A stretch of 58,996 nt of DNA. It comes from Streptosporangiaceae bacterium (GTDB lineage: Bacteria; Actinomycetota; Actinomycetes; Streptosporangiales; Streptosporangiaceae). Below the pieces are notes generated by a model. It made no database searches, was not told the DNA's origin, and was given only the letters and a program-made list of their open reading frames with translations. Location of the stretch: the NCBI GenBank assembly GCA_036521155.1, contig DATDIH010000057.1, positions 1-58,996 on the forward strand, given 5' to 3'. Shown piece by piece: positions 1-12,745 of the stretch. Every line of letters starts with the position of its first letter. The first letter of the stretch is position 1. A program made the translations under genes and the position numbers.

Positions 1-85
1 GCTAGTTCTTCCACGACCCCGAGCGTAGGGGAGAGGACCGACAGTATGGCCGATTTCGTGGCGGTGGCGGCCAGATCCGGGGCCC

Positions 86-2280
<2,195 letters not shown>

Positions 2281-2456
2281 CACTAACGAAATGTGTCTAA
2301 ACCGTAACGATAAGCCGCCGCGGCTGCTTCAGCCGGCGCGACGCGGGCATTAATCCAGTGGCAAATGTGCTTGGCCTAACGTGAGCCAGCAGGTTACGAA
2401 TGGCTTGTCGGTAGGTAGGGTCTTACTAGTTCAGCCAGCGGAAGGAGGTGAGGGCC

Positions 2457-4235
2457 GTGAGTAACAGGGATGAGAGCTCACGTGCCTCACGGCACGACGA
2501 TGAGGTCAAGGGCCTTACCGCGCAGATCTCCTTCCTCGACGAGGAGATCGCCGCATTGCGCCGCAGGCTCGCGGATTCGCCCCGCCAGGCGCGGCTTCTC
2601 GAGGAGAGGCTGCGCGAGACCGAGGCCAGCCTGGCCGCCGTGACCGCGCAGAACGAGCGGCTCACCGGCACGCTTCGCGAGGCCCGGGACCAGATCGTCG
2701 CGCTCAAGGAAGAAGTTGACCGGCTGGCCCAGCCGCCATCCGGGTTCGGCATCTTCCTGAGCGCCACCAGCGACAGCACCGCCGACGTGTTCACCGGCGG
2801 CCGCAAGATGAGAGTGCACGTCAGCCCGGCGGTCGAGCTCGACAAGCTCCGGCCCGGCCAGGAGGTCGTGCTCAACGAGGCGCTCAACGTCGTGGTCGCC
2901 GAGGGCTACGAGTCCGCCGGCGAGATCGTGATGCTCAAGGAGCTGCTCGAGGACGGCGAGCGGGCCCTGGTCATCTCCCACTCCGACGAGGAGCGCGTGG
3001 TCCGGCTGGCCGACCCGCTGCGCGACTCCGTGCTGCGCAGCGGCGACTCGCTGCTGCTCGAGCCCCGCTCCGGCTACGTGTTCGAGCGGATCCCCAAGGC
3101 TGAGGTCGAGGAGCTCATCCTCGAAGAGGTCCCGGACATCGTCTACTCCGACATCGGTGGCCTGACCGGTCAGATCGAGCAGATCCGGGACGCCATCGAG
3201 CTGCCGTACCTGCACGCGGACCTGTTCCGTGAGCACCAGCTCCGGCCGCCCAAGGGCGTGCTGCTCTACGGTCCGCCTGGCTGCGGTAAGACGCTCATCG
3301 CCAAGGCCGTGGCCAACTCGCTGGCCAAGCAGGTCGCGCAGAAGACCGCGGCCGACGGCGGCAAGGAGTCGGCCGGGCGCAGCTTCTTCCTCAACATCAA
3401 GGGCCCGGAGCTGCTGAACAAGTACGTCGGTGAGACCGAGCGGCACATCCGGCTCGTGTTCCAGCGGGCCCGGGAGAAGGCCAGCGAGGGCATGCCGGTG
3501 ATCGTGTTCTTCGACGAGATGGACTCCATCTTCCGCACCCGCGGGTCCGGTGTGTCCAGCGACGTGGAGAACACCATCGTCCCGCAGCTGCTGTCGGAGA
3601 TCGACGGTGTTGAGGGCCTGGAGAACGTGATCGTGATCGGCGCGTCCAACCGCGAGGACATGATCGACCCGGCGATCCTGCGGCCCGGGCGGCTGGACGT
3701 CAAGATCAAGATCGAGCGCCCGGACGCCGAGGCGGCCAAGGACATCTTCTCCAAGTACATCCTGTCCGGTCTGCCGCTGCACGCCGACGACCTGGCCGAG
3801 CACGGCGGCTCGCCCGAGGCCACGGTGGACGCGATGATCCAGCGGACCGTCGAGCGCATGTACACCGAGTCCGAGGAGAACCGGTTCCTCGAGGTCACCT
3901 ACGCCAACGGTGACAAGGAGGTCCTGTACTTCAAGGACTTCAACTCCGGCGCCATGATCCAGAACATCGTGGACCGGGCCAAGAAGATGGCCATCAAGCA
4001 GTACCTCGACACCAACCAGAAGGGCCTGCGGGTGGCGCACCTGCTGTCGGCCTGCGTGGACGAGTTCAGCGAGAACGAGGACCTGCCCAACACCACCAAC
4101 CCGGACGACTGGGCCCGCATCTCCGGTAAGAAGGGCGAGCGCATCGTCTACATCCGGACGCTGGTCTCTGGCAAGCAGGGTTCCGAGGCTGGCCGGTCGA
4201 TCGACACCGTGGCCAACACGGGCCAGTACCTGTGA
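2457..4235 (+). CDS. arc: Proteasome-associated AAA ATPase ARC/Mpa
   Basis: It has an N-terminal coiled coil, Walker A GPPGCGKT, Walker [10 protein letters not shown] and the C-terminal tail TGQYL (proteasome-docking motif). The GTG at 2457 lies 9 nt after GGAAGGAGG. The track start at 2448 abuts that SD and is in the same frame. Confidence 0.95.
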   Translation: MSNRDESSRASRHDDEVKGLTAQISFLDEEIAALRRRLADSPRQARLLEERLRETEASLAAVTAQNERLTGTLREARDQIVALKEEVDRLAQPPSGFGIFLSATSDSTADVFTGGRKMRVHVSPAVELDKLRPGQEVVLNEALNVVVAEGYESAGEIVMLKELLEDGERALVISHSDEERVVRLADPLRDSVLRSGDSLLLEPRSGYVFERIPKAEVEELILEEVPDIVYSDIGGLTGQIEQIRDAIELPYLHADLFREHQLRPPKGVLLYGPPGCGKTLIAKAVANSLAKQVAQKTAADGGKESAGRSFFLNIKGPELLNKYVGETERHIRLVFQRAREKASEGMPVIVFFDEMDSIFRTRGSGVSSDVENTIVPQLLSEIDGVEGLENVIVIGASNREDMIDPAILRPGRLDVKIKIERPDAEAAKDIFSKYILSGLPLHADDLAEHGGSPEATVDAMIQRTVERMYTESEENRFLEVTYANGDKEVLYFKDFNSGAMIQNIVDRAKKMAIKQYLDTNQKGLRVAHLLSACVDEFSENEDLPNTTNPDDWARISGKKGERIVYIRTLVSGKQGSEAGRSIDTVANTGQYL

Positions 4236-4291
4236 TCTGCCGTTGAGTATCCGGGGCATAGCTGCGGCCCGGCGGGCATAGGCTGACGAAT

Positions 4292-5836
4292 ATGAGCGTG
4301 CTGCGGGTGATGGGCACCGAGACCGAGTACGGGATCTCGGTGCCCGGCCAGCCAGGGGCCAACGCGATGGTGACTTCGTCCCAGATCGTCAACGCCTACC
4401 AGGCGGCCACGGCGGCCCGGGCGCGCCGGGCCCGGTGGGACTTCGAGGAGGAGAATCCTCTCCGCGACGCACGCGGGTTCGACCTGGCCCGGGAGAACGC
4501 CGACTCGACCCAGCTCACCGACGAAGACCTGGGGCTGGCCAACGTCATCTTGACCAACGGGGCGCGGCTGTACGTCGACCACGCCCACCCGGAGTACTCC
4601 ACCCCGGAGTGCACCAACCCGCTGTCCGCGGTGATCTGGGACAAGGCGGGGGAGCGGATCATGGCCGAGGCGGCCGAGCGGGCCGCCACCATCCCCGGGG
4701 CCGCGCCGATCCAGCTCTACAAGAACAACACCGACAACAAGGGCGCCTCCTACGGCACCCACGAGAACTACCTGATGCGGCGGGCCACCCCGTTCGCCGA
4801 CATTGTCCGGCACCTGACCCCGTTCTTCGTGACCCGGCAGGTCATGTGCGGGGCCGGGCGGGTCGGCATCGGCGCCGATGGCCGTGGCACCGGGTTCCAG
4901 CTCAGCCAGCGGGCCGACTTCTTCGAGGTCGAGGTCGGCCTGGAGACCACGCTCAAGCGGCCGATCATCAACACCCGCGACGAGCCGCACGCCGACCCGG
5001 AGAAGTACCGGCGGCTGCACGTCATCATCGGCGACGCCAACATGGCCGAGGTCGCCACCTACCTCAAGCTCGGCACCACCGCGCTGGTGCTGGCCATGAT
5101 CGAGGACAAGTTCCTCTCCACCGCCGTGGACGGGGACCTGTCGCTGGAGTCGTCCGTGGCTGACCTGCGGGCCATCTCGCACGACCCGTCGCTCAAGCGC
5201 CAGGTCACGCTGCGGGACGGCCGCAAGATGACCGCCGTCCAGCTGCAGATGGAGTACCTGGAGCTGGCCCGCAAGTACACCGAGGACAAGTTCGGCTCCG
5301 ACGTCGACCCCATGACCGCCGACGTACTGGACCGCTGGGAGTCGGTGCTGAACCGGCTGGCCGAGGACCCCATGCAGCTCTCCCGGGAGCTGGACTGGGT
5401 GGCCAAGCTGGAGCTGCTGGAGGGCTTCCGGACCCGCGACGGGCTGGCCTGGGACGCGCCCCGGCTCCAGCTCATCGACCTGCAGTACTCCGATGTGCGG
5501 CAGTCTCGCGGCCTGTACAACCGGCTGGCGGCCAAGGACCGGATGGTCAAGCTGGCCACCGAGAACCAGATCCGCCGGGCCATCGAGGAGCCGCCCGAGG
5601 ACACCCGGGCCTACTTCCGTGGCCGCTGCCTGCGCCAGTACGCCGATTCGGTGGCCGCCGCGTCCTGGGACTCGGTCATCTTCGACATCCCGGGCCGGGA
5701 GTCGCTGCAGCGGGTGCCGACCCTGGAGCCGTTGCGTGGCACCAAGAAGCACGTGGGCGGCCTGCTCGAGCGGGCCCGGACCGCCGCCGATCTGGTGACC
5801 GCCCTCACCGGCGACCAGTCCGGGCCGCAGGAGTAG
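4292..5836 (+). CDS. dop: Pup deamidase/depupylase Dop
   Basis: 514 aa with the N-terminus [10 protein letters not shown] typical of the Dop/PafA carboxylate-amine ligase fold. Its position between arc and pup identifies it as Dop rather than PafA. Confidence 0.9.
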   Translation: MSVLRVMGTETEYGISVPGQPGANAMVTSSQIVNAYQAATAARARRARWDFEEENPLRDARGFDLARENADSTQLTDEDLGLANVILTNGARLYVDHAHPEYSTPECTNPLSAVIWDKAGERIMAEAAERAATIPGAAPIQLYKNNTDNKGASYGTHENYLMRRATPFADIVRHLTPFFVTRQVMCGAGRVGIGADGRGTGFQLSQRADFFEVEVGLETTLKRPIINTRDEPHADPEKYRRLHVIIGDANMAEVATYLKLGTTALVLAMIEDKFLSTAVDGDLSLESSVADLRAISHDPSLKRQVTLRDGRKMTAVQLQMEYLELARKYTEDKFGSDVDPMTADVLDRWESVLNRLAEDPMQLSRELDWVAKLELLEGFRTRDGLAWDAPRLQLIDLQYSDVRQSRGLYNRLAAKDRMVKLATENQIRRAIEEPPEDTRAYFRGRCLRQYADSVAAASWDSVIFDIPGRESLQRVPTLEPLRGTKKHVGGLLERARTAADLVTALTGDQSGPQE

Positions 5837-5919
5837 GGCGAGGCACGGTTGAACACAGCGTTCGCGGGCGAAGATAGCTTTGGGGAAGGGAACACCCCCG
5901 ATCGACGGAGGTAACCAGG

Positions 5920-6129
5920 ATGGCAACGAAGGACACGGGCGGCCAGCGCCAGACCAGCCGCCGGACCGAAGAAGCCGAGGACACCGAGGCTCAGTCGACC
6001 CAAGAGGTCAACGAGCGTCACGAGAAGCTCACCGATGACGTTGATGCGATCCTGGACGAGATCGACGAGGTGCTCGAGGAGAACGCCGAGGAATTCGTAC
6101 GCTCGTACGTCCAGAAGGGCGGCCAGTAA
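5920..6129 (+). CDS. pup: Prokaryotic ubiquitin-like protein Pup (GGQ C-terminus)
   Basis: 69-aa acidic, low-complexity ORF ending YVQKGGQ. GGAGG lies 8 nt upstream of the ATG, and the gene sits between dop and prcB. Confidence 0.95.
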   Translation: MATKDTGGQRQTSRRTEEAEDTEAQSTQEVNERHEKLTDDVDAILDEIDEVLEENAEEFVRSYVQKGGQ

Positions 6130-6150
6130 CCGGGCCCGCTTCGAATTCGC

Positions 6151-6183
6151 CGAAGGCTGACGCGTCCAGCGCGTCAGCCTTCG
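6151..6183 (+). terminator. 14-bp perfect stem-loop between pup and prcB (attenuator or partial terminator)
   Basis: CGAAGGCTGACGCG (6151-6164), 5-nt loop, CGCGTCAGCCTTCG (6170-6183), then TATTTGG. It begins 22 nt after the pup stop codon. Confidence 0.55.
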
Positions 6184-6261
6184 TATTTGGTGGCCGCTGG
6201 CCAGTAGGGTCGGCACAGTAGGGTCTTGTTCAGGGTTTCGTTCACATACGGAAGGATCCGC

Positions 6262-7149
6262 GTGGGCTCCGACTTCGAAGGGTTCAGGCGTCCGGGGGCG
6301 TTCATGGCTCCCAGGATCTCGTCGTTCGCCGACTTCCTGGCCGGCTACGCCCCGGATCTGCTGCCGGGCGCGGCCGCGCACCGGTCCCCGGCCACCGGGG
6401 CCGAGGGCGCGCCGTGGGCTCCGGCCGGCGGGGGTGGCGCGCTGACCGACCTGCCGCACGCGACCACGATCGTCGCGGCGACCTTCGACGGCGGTGTGGT
6501 CATGGCGGGCGACCGCCGGGCCACCGCGGGCAACATGATCTCCAAGCGGGACGTGGAGAAGGTCTTCCGCAGCGACGAGTTCTCGGCCATCGCCATCGCC
6601 GGCACGGCCAGCGTGGGCCTGGAGTTCGTCCGCCTGTTCCAGGTGGAGCTGGAGCACTACGAGAAGATGGAAGGCCGGGCCCTGTCCCTGGAGGGCAAGG
6701 CCAACCGGCTGGCCACCATGATCCGGGGCAACATCGCCGCCGCCATGCAGGGCCTGATCGCGGTGCCGCTGTTCGCCGGGTACGACGAAGACACCGGCCA
6801 GGGCCGCATCTACAGCTACGACGTGGCGGGCGGCCCCTACGAGGAGTTCCGGTTCCACTCCATCGGCTCCGGGTCGATCTTCGCCCGCGGCTCGATGAAG
6901 AAGCTGTACCGCGACGGCCAGTCCGCTCAGGACGTCGTCCGGGCCTGTGTCCAGGCGCTGTACGACGCGGCCGACGACGACTCGGCCACCGGCGGCCCGG
7001 ACCTGACCCGGCAGATCTTCCCGATGGTGGCGGTGGTCAACGGCGACGGCTACAACCGGCTGTCCGACGCCGAGGCCGCCGAGGTCGCCCGGTCCGTGGT
7101 CGACGAGCGGATGCAGTCGCCCGACGGTCCCAAGGCCCCGCTCGAATAA
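6262..7149 (+). CDS. prcB: Proteasome beta subunit PrcB (with propeptide)
   Basis: The propeptide contains SSFADFL. The predicted mature N-terminus is [21 protein letters not shown] (catalytic Thr). The GTG at 6262 lies 5 nt after GGAAGGA. The track start (6226) and the ATG at 6304 are in-frame alternatives. Confidence 0.93.
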   Translation: MGSDFEGFRRPGAFMAPRISSFADFLAGYAPDLLPGAAAHRSPATGAEGAPWAPAGGGGALTDLPHATTIVAATFDGGVVMAGDRRATAGNMISKRDVEKVFRSDEFSAIAIAGTASVGLEFVRLFQVELEHYEKMEGRALSLEGKANRLATMIRGNIAAAMQGLIAVPLFAGYDEDTGQGRIYSYDVAGGPYEEFRFHSIGSGSIFARGSMKKLYRDGQSAQDVVRACVQALYDAADDDSATGGPDLTRQIFPMVAVVNGDGYNRLSDAEAAEVARSVVDERMQSPDGPKAPLE

Positions 7150-7206
7150 CCAGCGTCCCTCCCGCCAACGTCCCAGCCCAACTCGCCAGTAAAGGAAGCG
7201 CCCGCG

Positions 7207-8043
7207 GTGTCCATGCCGTTCTATGTGTCGCCTGAACAGGTGATGAAAGACAAGGCCGACTACGCGCGCAAGGGAATCGCGCGCGGCCGCAGCGGGGTGG
7301 TCATCCAGTACGGGGGCGGCATCCTGTTCGTGGCCCCGAACCCGTCCCGCGCGCTGCACAAGATCAGCGAGATCTACGACCGGATCGCGTTCGCCGCGGT
7401 GGGCCGCTACAACGAGTACGAGAACCTCCGTAAGGCCGGCGTCACCTACGCCGACGTGACCGGCTACCAGTTCGACCGGCGCGACGTGACCGCCCGCGGC
7501 ATCGCCAACTGGTACGCCCAGCAGCTGGGCACGATCTTCACCGAGAGCACCAAGCCGTTCGAGGTCGAGATCATCGTGGCCGAGGTGGGCGAGAACGTGG
7601 ACGCCGACCAGATCTACCGCATCACCTTCGACGGCTCCGTGGCCGACGAGCACGGTTTCGCGGCCATCGGCGGTCAGGCCGATCAGGTGGCCACCGCGCT
7701 CAAGGAGCGCTACTCGGCCGACATGTCCCTGACCGAGGCGCTGGCGGCCGCCTTGGCCGCGCTGGCCGCCCCGGGTAACGGGGAGGACATGGCCGTCGGC
7801 CAGCTGGAGGTGGCGGTGCTGGACCGCACCCGTACCCACCGGACCTTCCGCCGGTTGCAGGGCGCCCGGCTGGAGGAGCTGCTCCGCGAAATTCGTCCCG
7901 CCAGCAGTGGCAGTGGCAGCCCGGCCGGAGCGGGCGCCAGCGGCGGCGCCCTGGCCGCGGCTGACGACGACGATGCCGCGATCGGCCCATCGGCGCCGGA
8001 CGACGGCAACCCCACCCCGGGTACCTCGACCGACCCGGGCTGA
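7207..8043 (+). CDS. prcA: Proteasome alpha subunit PrcA
   Basis: The N-terminus (V)[28 protein letters not shown] is canonical for actinobacterial PrcA. AAAGGAAG lies upstream, and the C-terminal tail is low-complexity. Confidence 0.95.
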   Translation: MSMPFYVSPEQVMKDKADYARKGIARGRSGVVIQYGGGILFVAPNPSRALHKISEIYDRIAFAAVGRYNEYENLRKAGVTYADVTGYQFDRRDVTARGIANWYAQQLGTIFTESTKPFEVEIIVAEVGENVDADQIYRITFDGSVADEHGFAAIGGQADQVATALKERYSADMSLTEALAAALAALAAPGNGEDMAVGQLEVAVLDRTRTHRTFRRLQGARLEELLREIRPASSGSGSPAGAGASGGALAAADDDDAAIGPSAPDDGNPTPGTSTDPG

Positions 8044-8066
8044 TCGCCCGGTCCGGTCCGGTCCGC

Positions 8067-8717
8067 TCAGCTGGCCCGGCGCGGCGCCGTCAGCACCGAC
8101 GCCGTCCAGCTGACCGCGGCTAGCACCACCGCGACCACCAGCGGCACCACCGGCAGGTGAACGCCGCCGCTGGGCCCGGCCGACGTGGCCCGGATGGCCG
8201 CGTTGGCGGGCGACCCGGACGCCGCGATCGCCGCGATGGCCACGGCTGCCGTCGACATCATCGCGTAGCCCCGGTGCCGGATCAGCGGGGGATTGCACAG
8301 CGCCCCGATCGCCGACCCAATCAGCAAACAGGTCACCCCCGCCACGACGCCTTCCACCGCCAGTGTCCCCAGCCCATGCCGGGGCCGCGCCGTGGTCGCC
8401 AGCTCGAACGCTGCCCCCAGCACCGCCAGCACCACCCCGCCCGCCAGCGCCACCACCAGCGTGGCCAGCTGCGCCCGCCGCGCCCCACCCGCCGTACTCG
8501 CGCACGCCCGGGCCGCCCCCGGCTCCATGGTCAGCGCGACCCGGGTCAGCCACCCCACCGCCGGCACCAGCATCGCGCTACTCCAGCCCAGCCCATCCGC
8601 CAGCGGCATCCCCCCGAACGACCCCGCCACCACCGTCCCCGCGAACAGCAACACCGGCGGCAACCACCGCGCCGACCGCCCCAGCAACGCCCCCTGATAC
8701 CGCACCATCGCGATCAT
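8067..8717 (-). CDS. ABC-2-type transporter permease (hydrophobic membrane protein)
   Basis: 216 aa with about 6 predicted TM segments. Its start overlaps the stop of the upstream ATPase gene by 4 nt. Confidence 0.6.
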   Translation of the reverse strand: MIAMVRYQGALLGRSARWLPPVLLFAGTVVAGSFGGMPLADGLGWSSAMLVPAVGWLTRVALTMEPGAARACASTAGGARRAQLATLVVALAGGVVLAVLGAAFELATTARPRHGLGTLAVEGVVAGVTCLLIGSAIGALCNPPLIRHRGYAMMSTAAVAIAAIAASGSPANAAIRATSAGPSGGVHLPVVPLVVAVVLAAVSWTASVLTAPRRAS

Positions 8718-9607
8718 TCAGCCGCCACCCGCTCGACGTGCACATCCCCCTCCGCCGCCAGCAGCCATCGCAACAAGTTGTCCGACTCACCGGCCCGAAC
8801 CCGCACCCACCCGGGCCCCGCCGCCACCACCCCGCCCACCGCCCGCAGCCCCGCCAGCCCACCCCGATACCCAGCGAACTCAATAACAACCGTTTGCACC
8901 CCGGCCGGCACTCCAACAAATTCAGAATCCCCGTCAACCTCATAAGCCCCACCAGCCCTGGCGAGCCCCACAACCTCGCCAGCCACGGAACTCTCGTGGA
9001 GACACCCGTCGACCAGGGCCCACTGCACGCTCACCCGATCGGCCAGCCGGGCCGGGTCGTGGTCGACGAAGATCACGGCGGCCCCCTCGGCCACCCGCTC
9101 CGCCACCACGGTGTCGAGGGTGGCCCGCGCCCCGGCGTCCAGCCCGGTCCAGGCCTCATCCATGACCAGCAGCCCGGGCCGACCGAGCAACGCCTGAGCT
9201 ACCGCTACCTTCTGGCTGGTGCCCTTGGACAGCTCGCGCATGGGCAGGCTCGCGTACGGACCCAGCCCGAGCCGGTCAATCGACCCGCGGACCGCGGCGT
9301 CCAGCGGACCGCCGCGCAGCCCATGCAGCCGCCCGAGGTGGGTCAGGTACGCATGGGCCGTGAACGGGAGGGCGGGCGGGAACCGCTCCGGCACGTAGCC
9401 CGCCCGGGGCCGGCCGGCTATCCGCCCCCGGCTCGGTACCGAGGCTCCGCTCACCAGCCGCAGCAGCGTCGACTTGCCGCAGCCATTGGGCCCGGTGACC
9501 CGGATCAGCTGACCGGGGACGAGGTCCGCGTCGATGTCCCGCAGCACCCACGGACCCCGAACCCGGTAACGCTTGCTGACGCCCTGCAGCTCCACGCGAC
9601 CAGCCAC
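8714..9607 (-). CDS. ABC transporter ATP-binding protein
   Basis: Walker A GPNGCGKSTLL, signature LSKGTSQKV, Walker B LLVMDEAWTGLD, plus a ~90-aa C-terminal extension. Confidence 0.85.
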   Translation of the reverse strand: MAGRVELQGVSKRYRVRGPWVLRDIDADLVPGQLIRVTGPNGCGKSTLLRLVSGASVPSRGRIAGRPRAGYVPERFPPALPFTAHAYLTHLGRLHGLRGGPLDAAVRGSIDRLGLGPYASLPMRELSKGTSQKVAVAQALLGRPGLLVMDEAWTGLDAGARATLDTVVAERVAEGAAVIFVDHDPARLADRVSVQWALVDGCLHESSVAGEVVGLARAGGAYEVDGDSEFVGVPAGVQTVVIEFAGYRGGLAGLRAVGGVVAAGPGWVRVRAGESDNLLRWLLAAEGDVHVERVAAE

Positions 9608-9638
9608 TCCGTCCTACTAGCCCCGCGGATAACCCTCG

Positions 9639-11075
9639 CTAGAGCGGGATGTTGCGGTGCCCGCCGCGGGCCTGAGGCGCCTCGGCGATGGCCTGGGCGA
9701 TCATCTGCCGGGTGTGGTTGGGGTCGATGACCTCGTCCACCACGCCGATGTCCACCGCCCGCTGCAGGCCGCCCACGGTCCGCTCGTGCTCGGCGGCCAG
9801 TTCGGCCTCGGTCTCGGACAGTTTCTCCGGCTCGGTCGCGGCCAGCTGGCGCCGCTTCAGGATCCGGATCGCGGCCACCGAGCCCATCACCGCCACCTGC
9901 GCGTCCGGCCAGGCGTAGACCTTGGTGGCGCCCAGCGAGCGGGAGTTCATGGCGATGTAGGCCCCGCCGTAGGACTTGCGGATGACCACGGTGACCCGGG
10001 GCACCACGCACTCGGCGAAGGCGTGCAGCAGCTTGGCGCCGCGGCGGACCACGCCGTCCCATTCCTGGCCGACGCCGGGCAGGTACCCGGGCGTGTCAAC
10101 CAGCACCACCAGCGGGATCCCGAACGCGTCGCACATCCGCACGAACCGCGCCGCCTTCTCAGCCGAGACCGAGTCCAGGCAGCCGCCCAGGCGCAGCGGG
10201 TTGTTGGCGACCACGCCCACCGTGCCGCCACCCAGCCGTCCCAGCGTGGTCACCAGGTTCGGCGCCCACTTCGGGAACAGCTCGACCCCGGGCTCGTCCA
10301 GCAGCTGGTCGATGATCGGGTGCATGTCGTAGGCGCGGCGCGCCGATTCCGGCATCAGCCCGGCGAAGTCCGCGTCCGGCACCTCAGCGGAGACCTTGCC
10401 GTGGTCGGTGAGCAGCGCAGCCAGCTTCCGGGCCTGCCCGATGGCCTCGGCGTCGGTCTCGGTCACGATCGCGGTCACGCCGGACCGCCGCGAGTGCGGC
10501 TCGGGACCGCCGAGGCGGGCCATGTCCACGTCCTCGCCGGTCACGCTGCGCACCACGTCGGGGCCGGTCACGAAGATCCGGCCGTGCCCGGACAGGATGG
10601 TGATGTCGGTCAGGGCCGGCCCGTAGGCGGCACCGCCCGCGGCCGGGCCGAGCACCACCGAGATCTGCGGGACGGCGCCGGACGCCCGGGTCATGGCCGC
10701 GAACACCGCGCCGACCGCGTGCAGGCTGGCCACGCCTTCGGCCAGCCGGGCACCGCCCGAGGCCCACAGGCCGATGACCGGAACTCCGCGGGTGACCGCC
10801 TCGTCGTAGGCGGCCACGATCGCGGCGCAGCCCGCCTCGCCCATGGCACCGCCCTGGGTGCGCGGATCCGAGGCGAACGCCACTGCGCCGGTCCCGTGGA
10901 TCAGGCCGGTGCCGGCGATCGCGCCACTGCCGTCATCTTCAGTGATCAGGTCGAGTGAGCCCGGGTCGAACAGCGCTTCCAGCCGGACGACCGGGTCGCG
11001 GGGCAGGGTGACGCCCTCGTCTCCGGCCGGGGTCGGCGGGGGCACGGCCGGGCGTGAGTTATCCAGAACGGTCAC
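9639..11075 (-). CDS. accD6: Acyl-CoA carboxylase carboxyltransferase beta subunit (AccD6-like)
   Basis: 478-aa two-lobed carboxyltransferase (SGGARLAEGV ..., KSYGGAYIAM). It is the last gene of the fab block, 20 nt after fabF with AAGGAGAA upstream. This matches fabD-acpM-kasA-kasB-accD6 in M. tuberculosis. Confidence 0.8.
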   Translation of the reverse strand: MTVLDNSRPAVPPPTPAGDEGVTLPRDPVVRLEALFDPGSLDLITEDDGSGAIAGTGLIHGTGAVAFASDPRTQGGAMGEAGCAAIVAAYDEAVTRGVPVIGLWASGGARLAEGVASLHAVGAVFAAMTRASGAVPQISVVLGPAAGGAAYGPALTDITILSGHGRIFVTGPDVVRSVTGEDVDMARLGGPEPHSRRSGVTAIVTETDAEAIGQARKLAALLTDHGKVSAEVPDADFAGLMPESARRAYDMHPIIDQLLDEPGVELFPKWAPNLVTTLGRLGGGTVGVVANNPLRLGGCLDSVSAEKAARFVRMCDAFGIPLVVLVDTPGYLPGVGQEWDGVVRRGAKLLHAFAECVVPRVTVVIRKSYGGAYIAMNSRSLGATKVYAWPDAQVAVMGSVAAIRILKRRQLAATEPEKLSETEAELAAEHERTVGGLQRAVDIGVVDEVIDPNHTRQMIAQAIAEAPQARGGHRNIPL

Positions 11076-11095
11076 TGAGTTCTCCTTGCCGGCGG

Positions 11096-12343
11096 CTAGG
11101 CCGCGGTGAAGACGAGCGAGACATTGTGACCGCCGAATCCGAAGGCGTTGTTCAGCACCGCCATCGGCTCCTGGCCGGCCGGGGACAGCGGCCGCGGCTC
11201 CGGAGCCACCGTCACTTCGACACCATCGTCCGGAACCTCGAGGTTGATCGTGGGCGGGGCGACCCGGTCCTTCAGGGCCATGATGGCCGCCACCGATTCG
11301 ATCGCGCCCGCGCCGCCCAGCAGGTGGCCGGTCATGGACTTGGTCGACGAGACCACTACCCGGTCTGCCGCGGACCCGAGCGCGGCCTTGATTGCCTGGG
11401 CCTCGACCACGTCACCTTCGGGGGTGGAGGTGGCGTGCGCGTTCACGTGCGTGATCTGCTCCGGGTCGACCCCGGCGTTGGCCAGCGCGCGCCCCATGGC
11501 CAGCCGTATCCCCCTGCCCTCCGGGTGCGGGTGGGCGATGTGGTGGCCGTCCGAGGAGTACCCGGCCCCGGCTGCGATCGCGTAGACGTTGGCTCCCCGG
11601 GCCGCCGCGTGCTCGGCCGACTCCAGCACCACCATGCCGGCGCCCTCGCCGAGCACGAACCCGTCCCGGCCCTTGTCGAACGGCCGGGACGCCCGCTCCG
11701 GCTCGTCGTTGCGCAGCGACAGCGCTCGCATCACCGCGAACGCACCCATGTTCAGGGCCATGATGGCCGCCTCGGTGCCGCCTGCGACCACCACGTCGGC
11801 CCGGCCGGCCCGGATCATGTCAATGCCGTAACCGATCGCTTCGGCCCCGGACGCGCAGGCACTGACCGTCGCGTGCGCCCCCGCCTGAGCTCCCAGCTCG
11901 ATGCTGATCAGGCCGGCTGAGCCGTTCGGCATGAGCATGGGCACGGTGAACGGAACGATCCGCTGCCAGCCCTTCTCCTTGAGCACGTCGTATGCGGCCA
12001 GGGTGGAACCGATACCGCCGATCCCGCTGGTCACTGAGACACCGAGGCGCTCCGGGTCGACCTCCGGTGAGCCCGCGTCGGCCCACGCTTCCCGAGCGGC
12101 GACTACTGCGAACTGCTCACAGCGGTCCATCCGGCGCGCCTGGACCCGGCCCACGATCTGCGCCGGGTCCACCGCCGCAACTCCGGCGATCCGCGCGGGC
12201 AGGTCCTTGACCCAATCGTCGGTCAGCGCCCTGACTCCGCTGTTCCCGGCCAGCATTCCTGACCAGGTTGATGCGACGTCGCCGCCGAGCGGTGTGGTTG
12301 CGCCCAGTCCCGTGACGACGACGGTCTTGTCGTCTGTGCCCAC
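11096..12343 (-). CDS. fabF: Beta-ketoacyl-ACP synthase II (FabF/KasA-like)
   Basis: Active-site Cys in VSACASG; His motifs NAHATSTPEGD and GHLLGGAG. The GTG at 12343 lies 9 nt after GAGGAG. The track ORF extends to 12403 through a GC hairpin. Confidence 0.9.
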   Translation of the reverse strand: MGTDDKTVVVTGLGATTPLGGDVASTWSGMLAGNSGVRALTDDWVKDLPARIAGVAAVDPAQIVGRVQARRMDRCEQFAVVAAREAWADAGSPEVDPERLGVSVTSGIGGIGSTLAAYDVLKEKGWQRIVPFTVPMLMPNGSAGLISIELGAQAGAHATVSACASGAEAIGYGIDMIRAGRADVVVAGGTEAAIMALNMGAFAVMRALSLRNDEPERASRPFDKGRDGFVLGEGAGMVVLESAEHAAARGANVYAIAAGAGYSSDGHHIAHPHPEGRGIRLAMGRALANAGVDPEQITHVNAHATSTPEGDVVEAQAIKAALGSAADRVVVSSTKSMTGHLLGGAGAIESVAAIMALKDRVAPPTINLEVPDDGVEVTVAPEPRPLSPAGQEPMAVLNNAFGFGGHNVSLVFTAA

Positions 12344-12425
12344 TGTGATCGGCTCCTCAGTTCTCGTCCCGCCGGGCCCGATGATCCGGCCCCGGCGGGT
12401 CATCCCGCTTCGCTGACCCGGGCGG

Positions 12426-12674
12426 TCAGCTGGCGTTCTTGTGCACGTAGTTGACGACGTCCTGAACCGTCTTCAGGTCCTTGAGCTGGTCGTCCGGAAT
12501 CTCCACGCCGAATTTGTCCTGCGCGGCAACGGCGATCTCGACCATGGACAGCGAGTCGATGTCGAGGTCGTCCACGAAGCTCTTCTCGGGGGTCACTTCG
12601 TCGGCGGGCACGCCCGCGATCTCGTCGACGATCTCCCCGAGACCCTGCAGGATTTCCTGGTCGCTTAGTGCCAT
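12426..12674 (-). CDS. acpP: Acyl carrier protein
   Basis: 82 aa from the ATG at 12674, with the phosphopantetheine site DLDIDSLSMVEI. The track ORF (to 12779) is an upstream extension. Confidence 0.9.
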   Translation of the reverse strand: MALSDQEILQGLGEIVDEIAGVPADEVTPEKSFVDDLDIDSLSMVEIAVAAQDKFGVEIPDDQLKDLKTVQDVVNYVHKNAS

Positions 12675-12745
12675 GTGCCTGCTATCTCCCATCGATGTGG
12701 TTGGTTCTGCGGCCGCGGGTTCGTACCCGCTGGGCCGAAGTTCGG

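Noticed and set aside
2351-2386. A possible PafBC/RecA-NDp-type promoter (CCAGTGGC ... TAACGT) upstream of arc.
   Set aside because: The spacing between the GTGGC element and the TAnnnT hexamer (14 nt) does not fit the motif as I remember it (about 6-8 nt), and the TTGTC part is missing.
6138-6150. CTTCGAATTCGCC after pup, superficially like a tRNA T-arm.
   Set aside because: No acceptor or anticodon arms can be drawn. The region is explained by the adjacent terminator-like hairpin.
5611-8553. A 980-aa minus-strand ORF. Similar very long antisense or off-frame ORFs occur at 2487-4259, 4148-5926, 20986-22362 and 25303-28056.
   Set aside because: Their products are Arg/Gly/Pro/Ala-rich with no recognisable motifs. 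They lie opposite or out of frame to genes with unmistakable homology (arc, dop, prcBA, aceE). These are typical stop-poor shadow frames of a high-GC genome.
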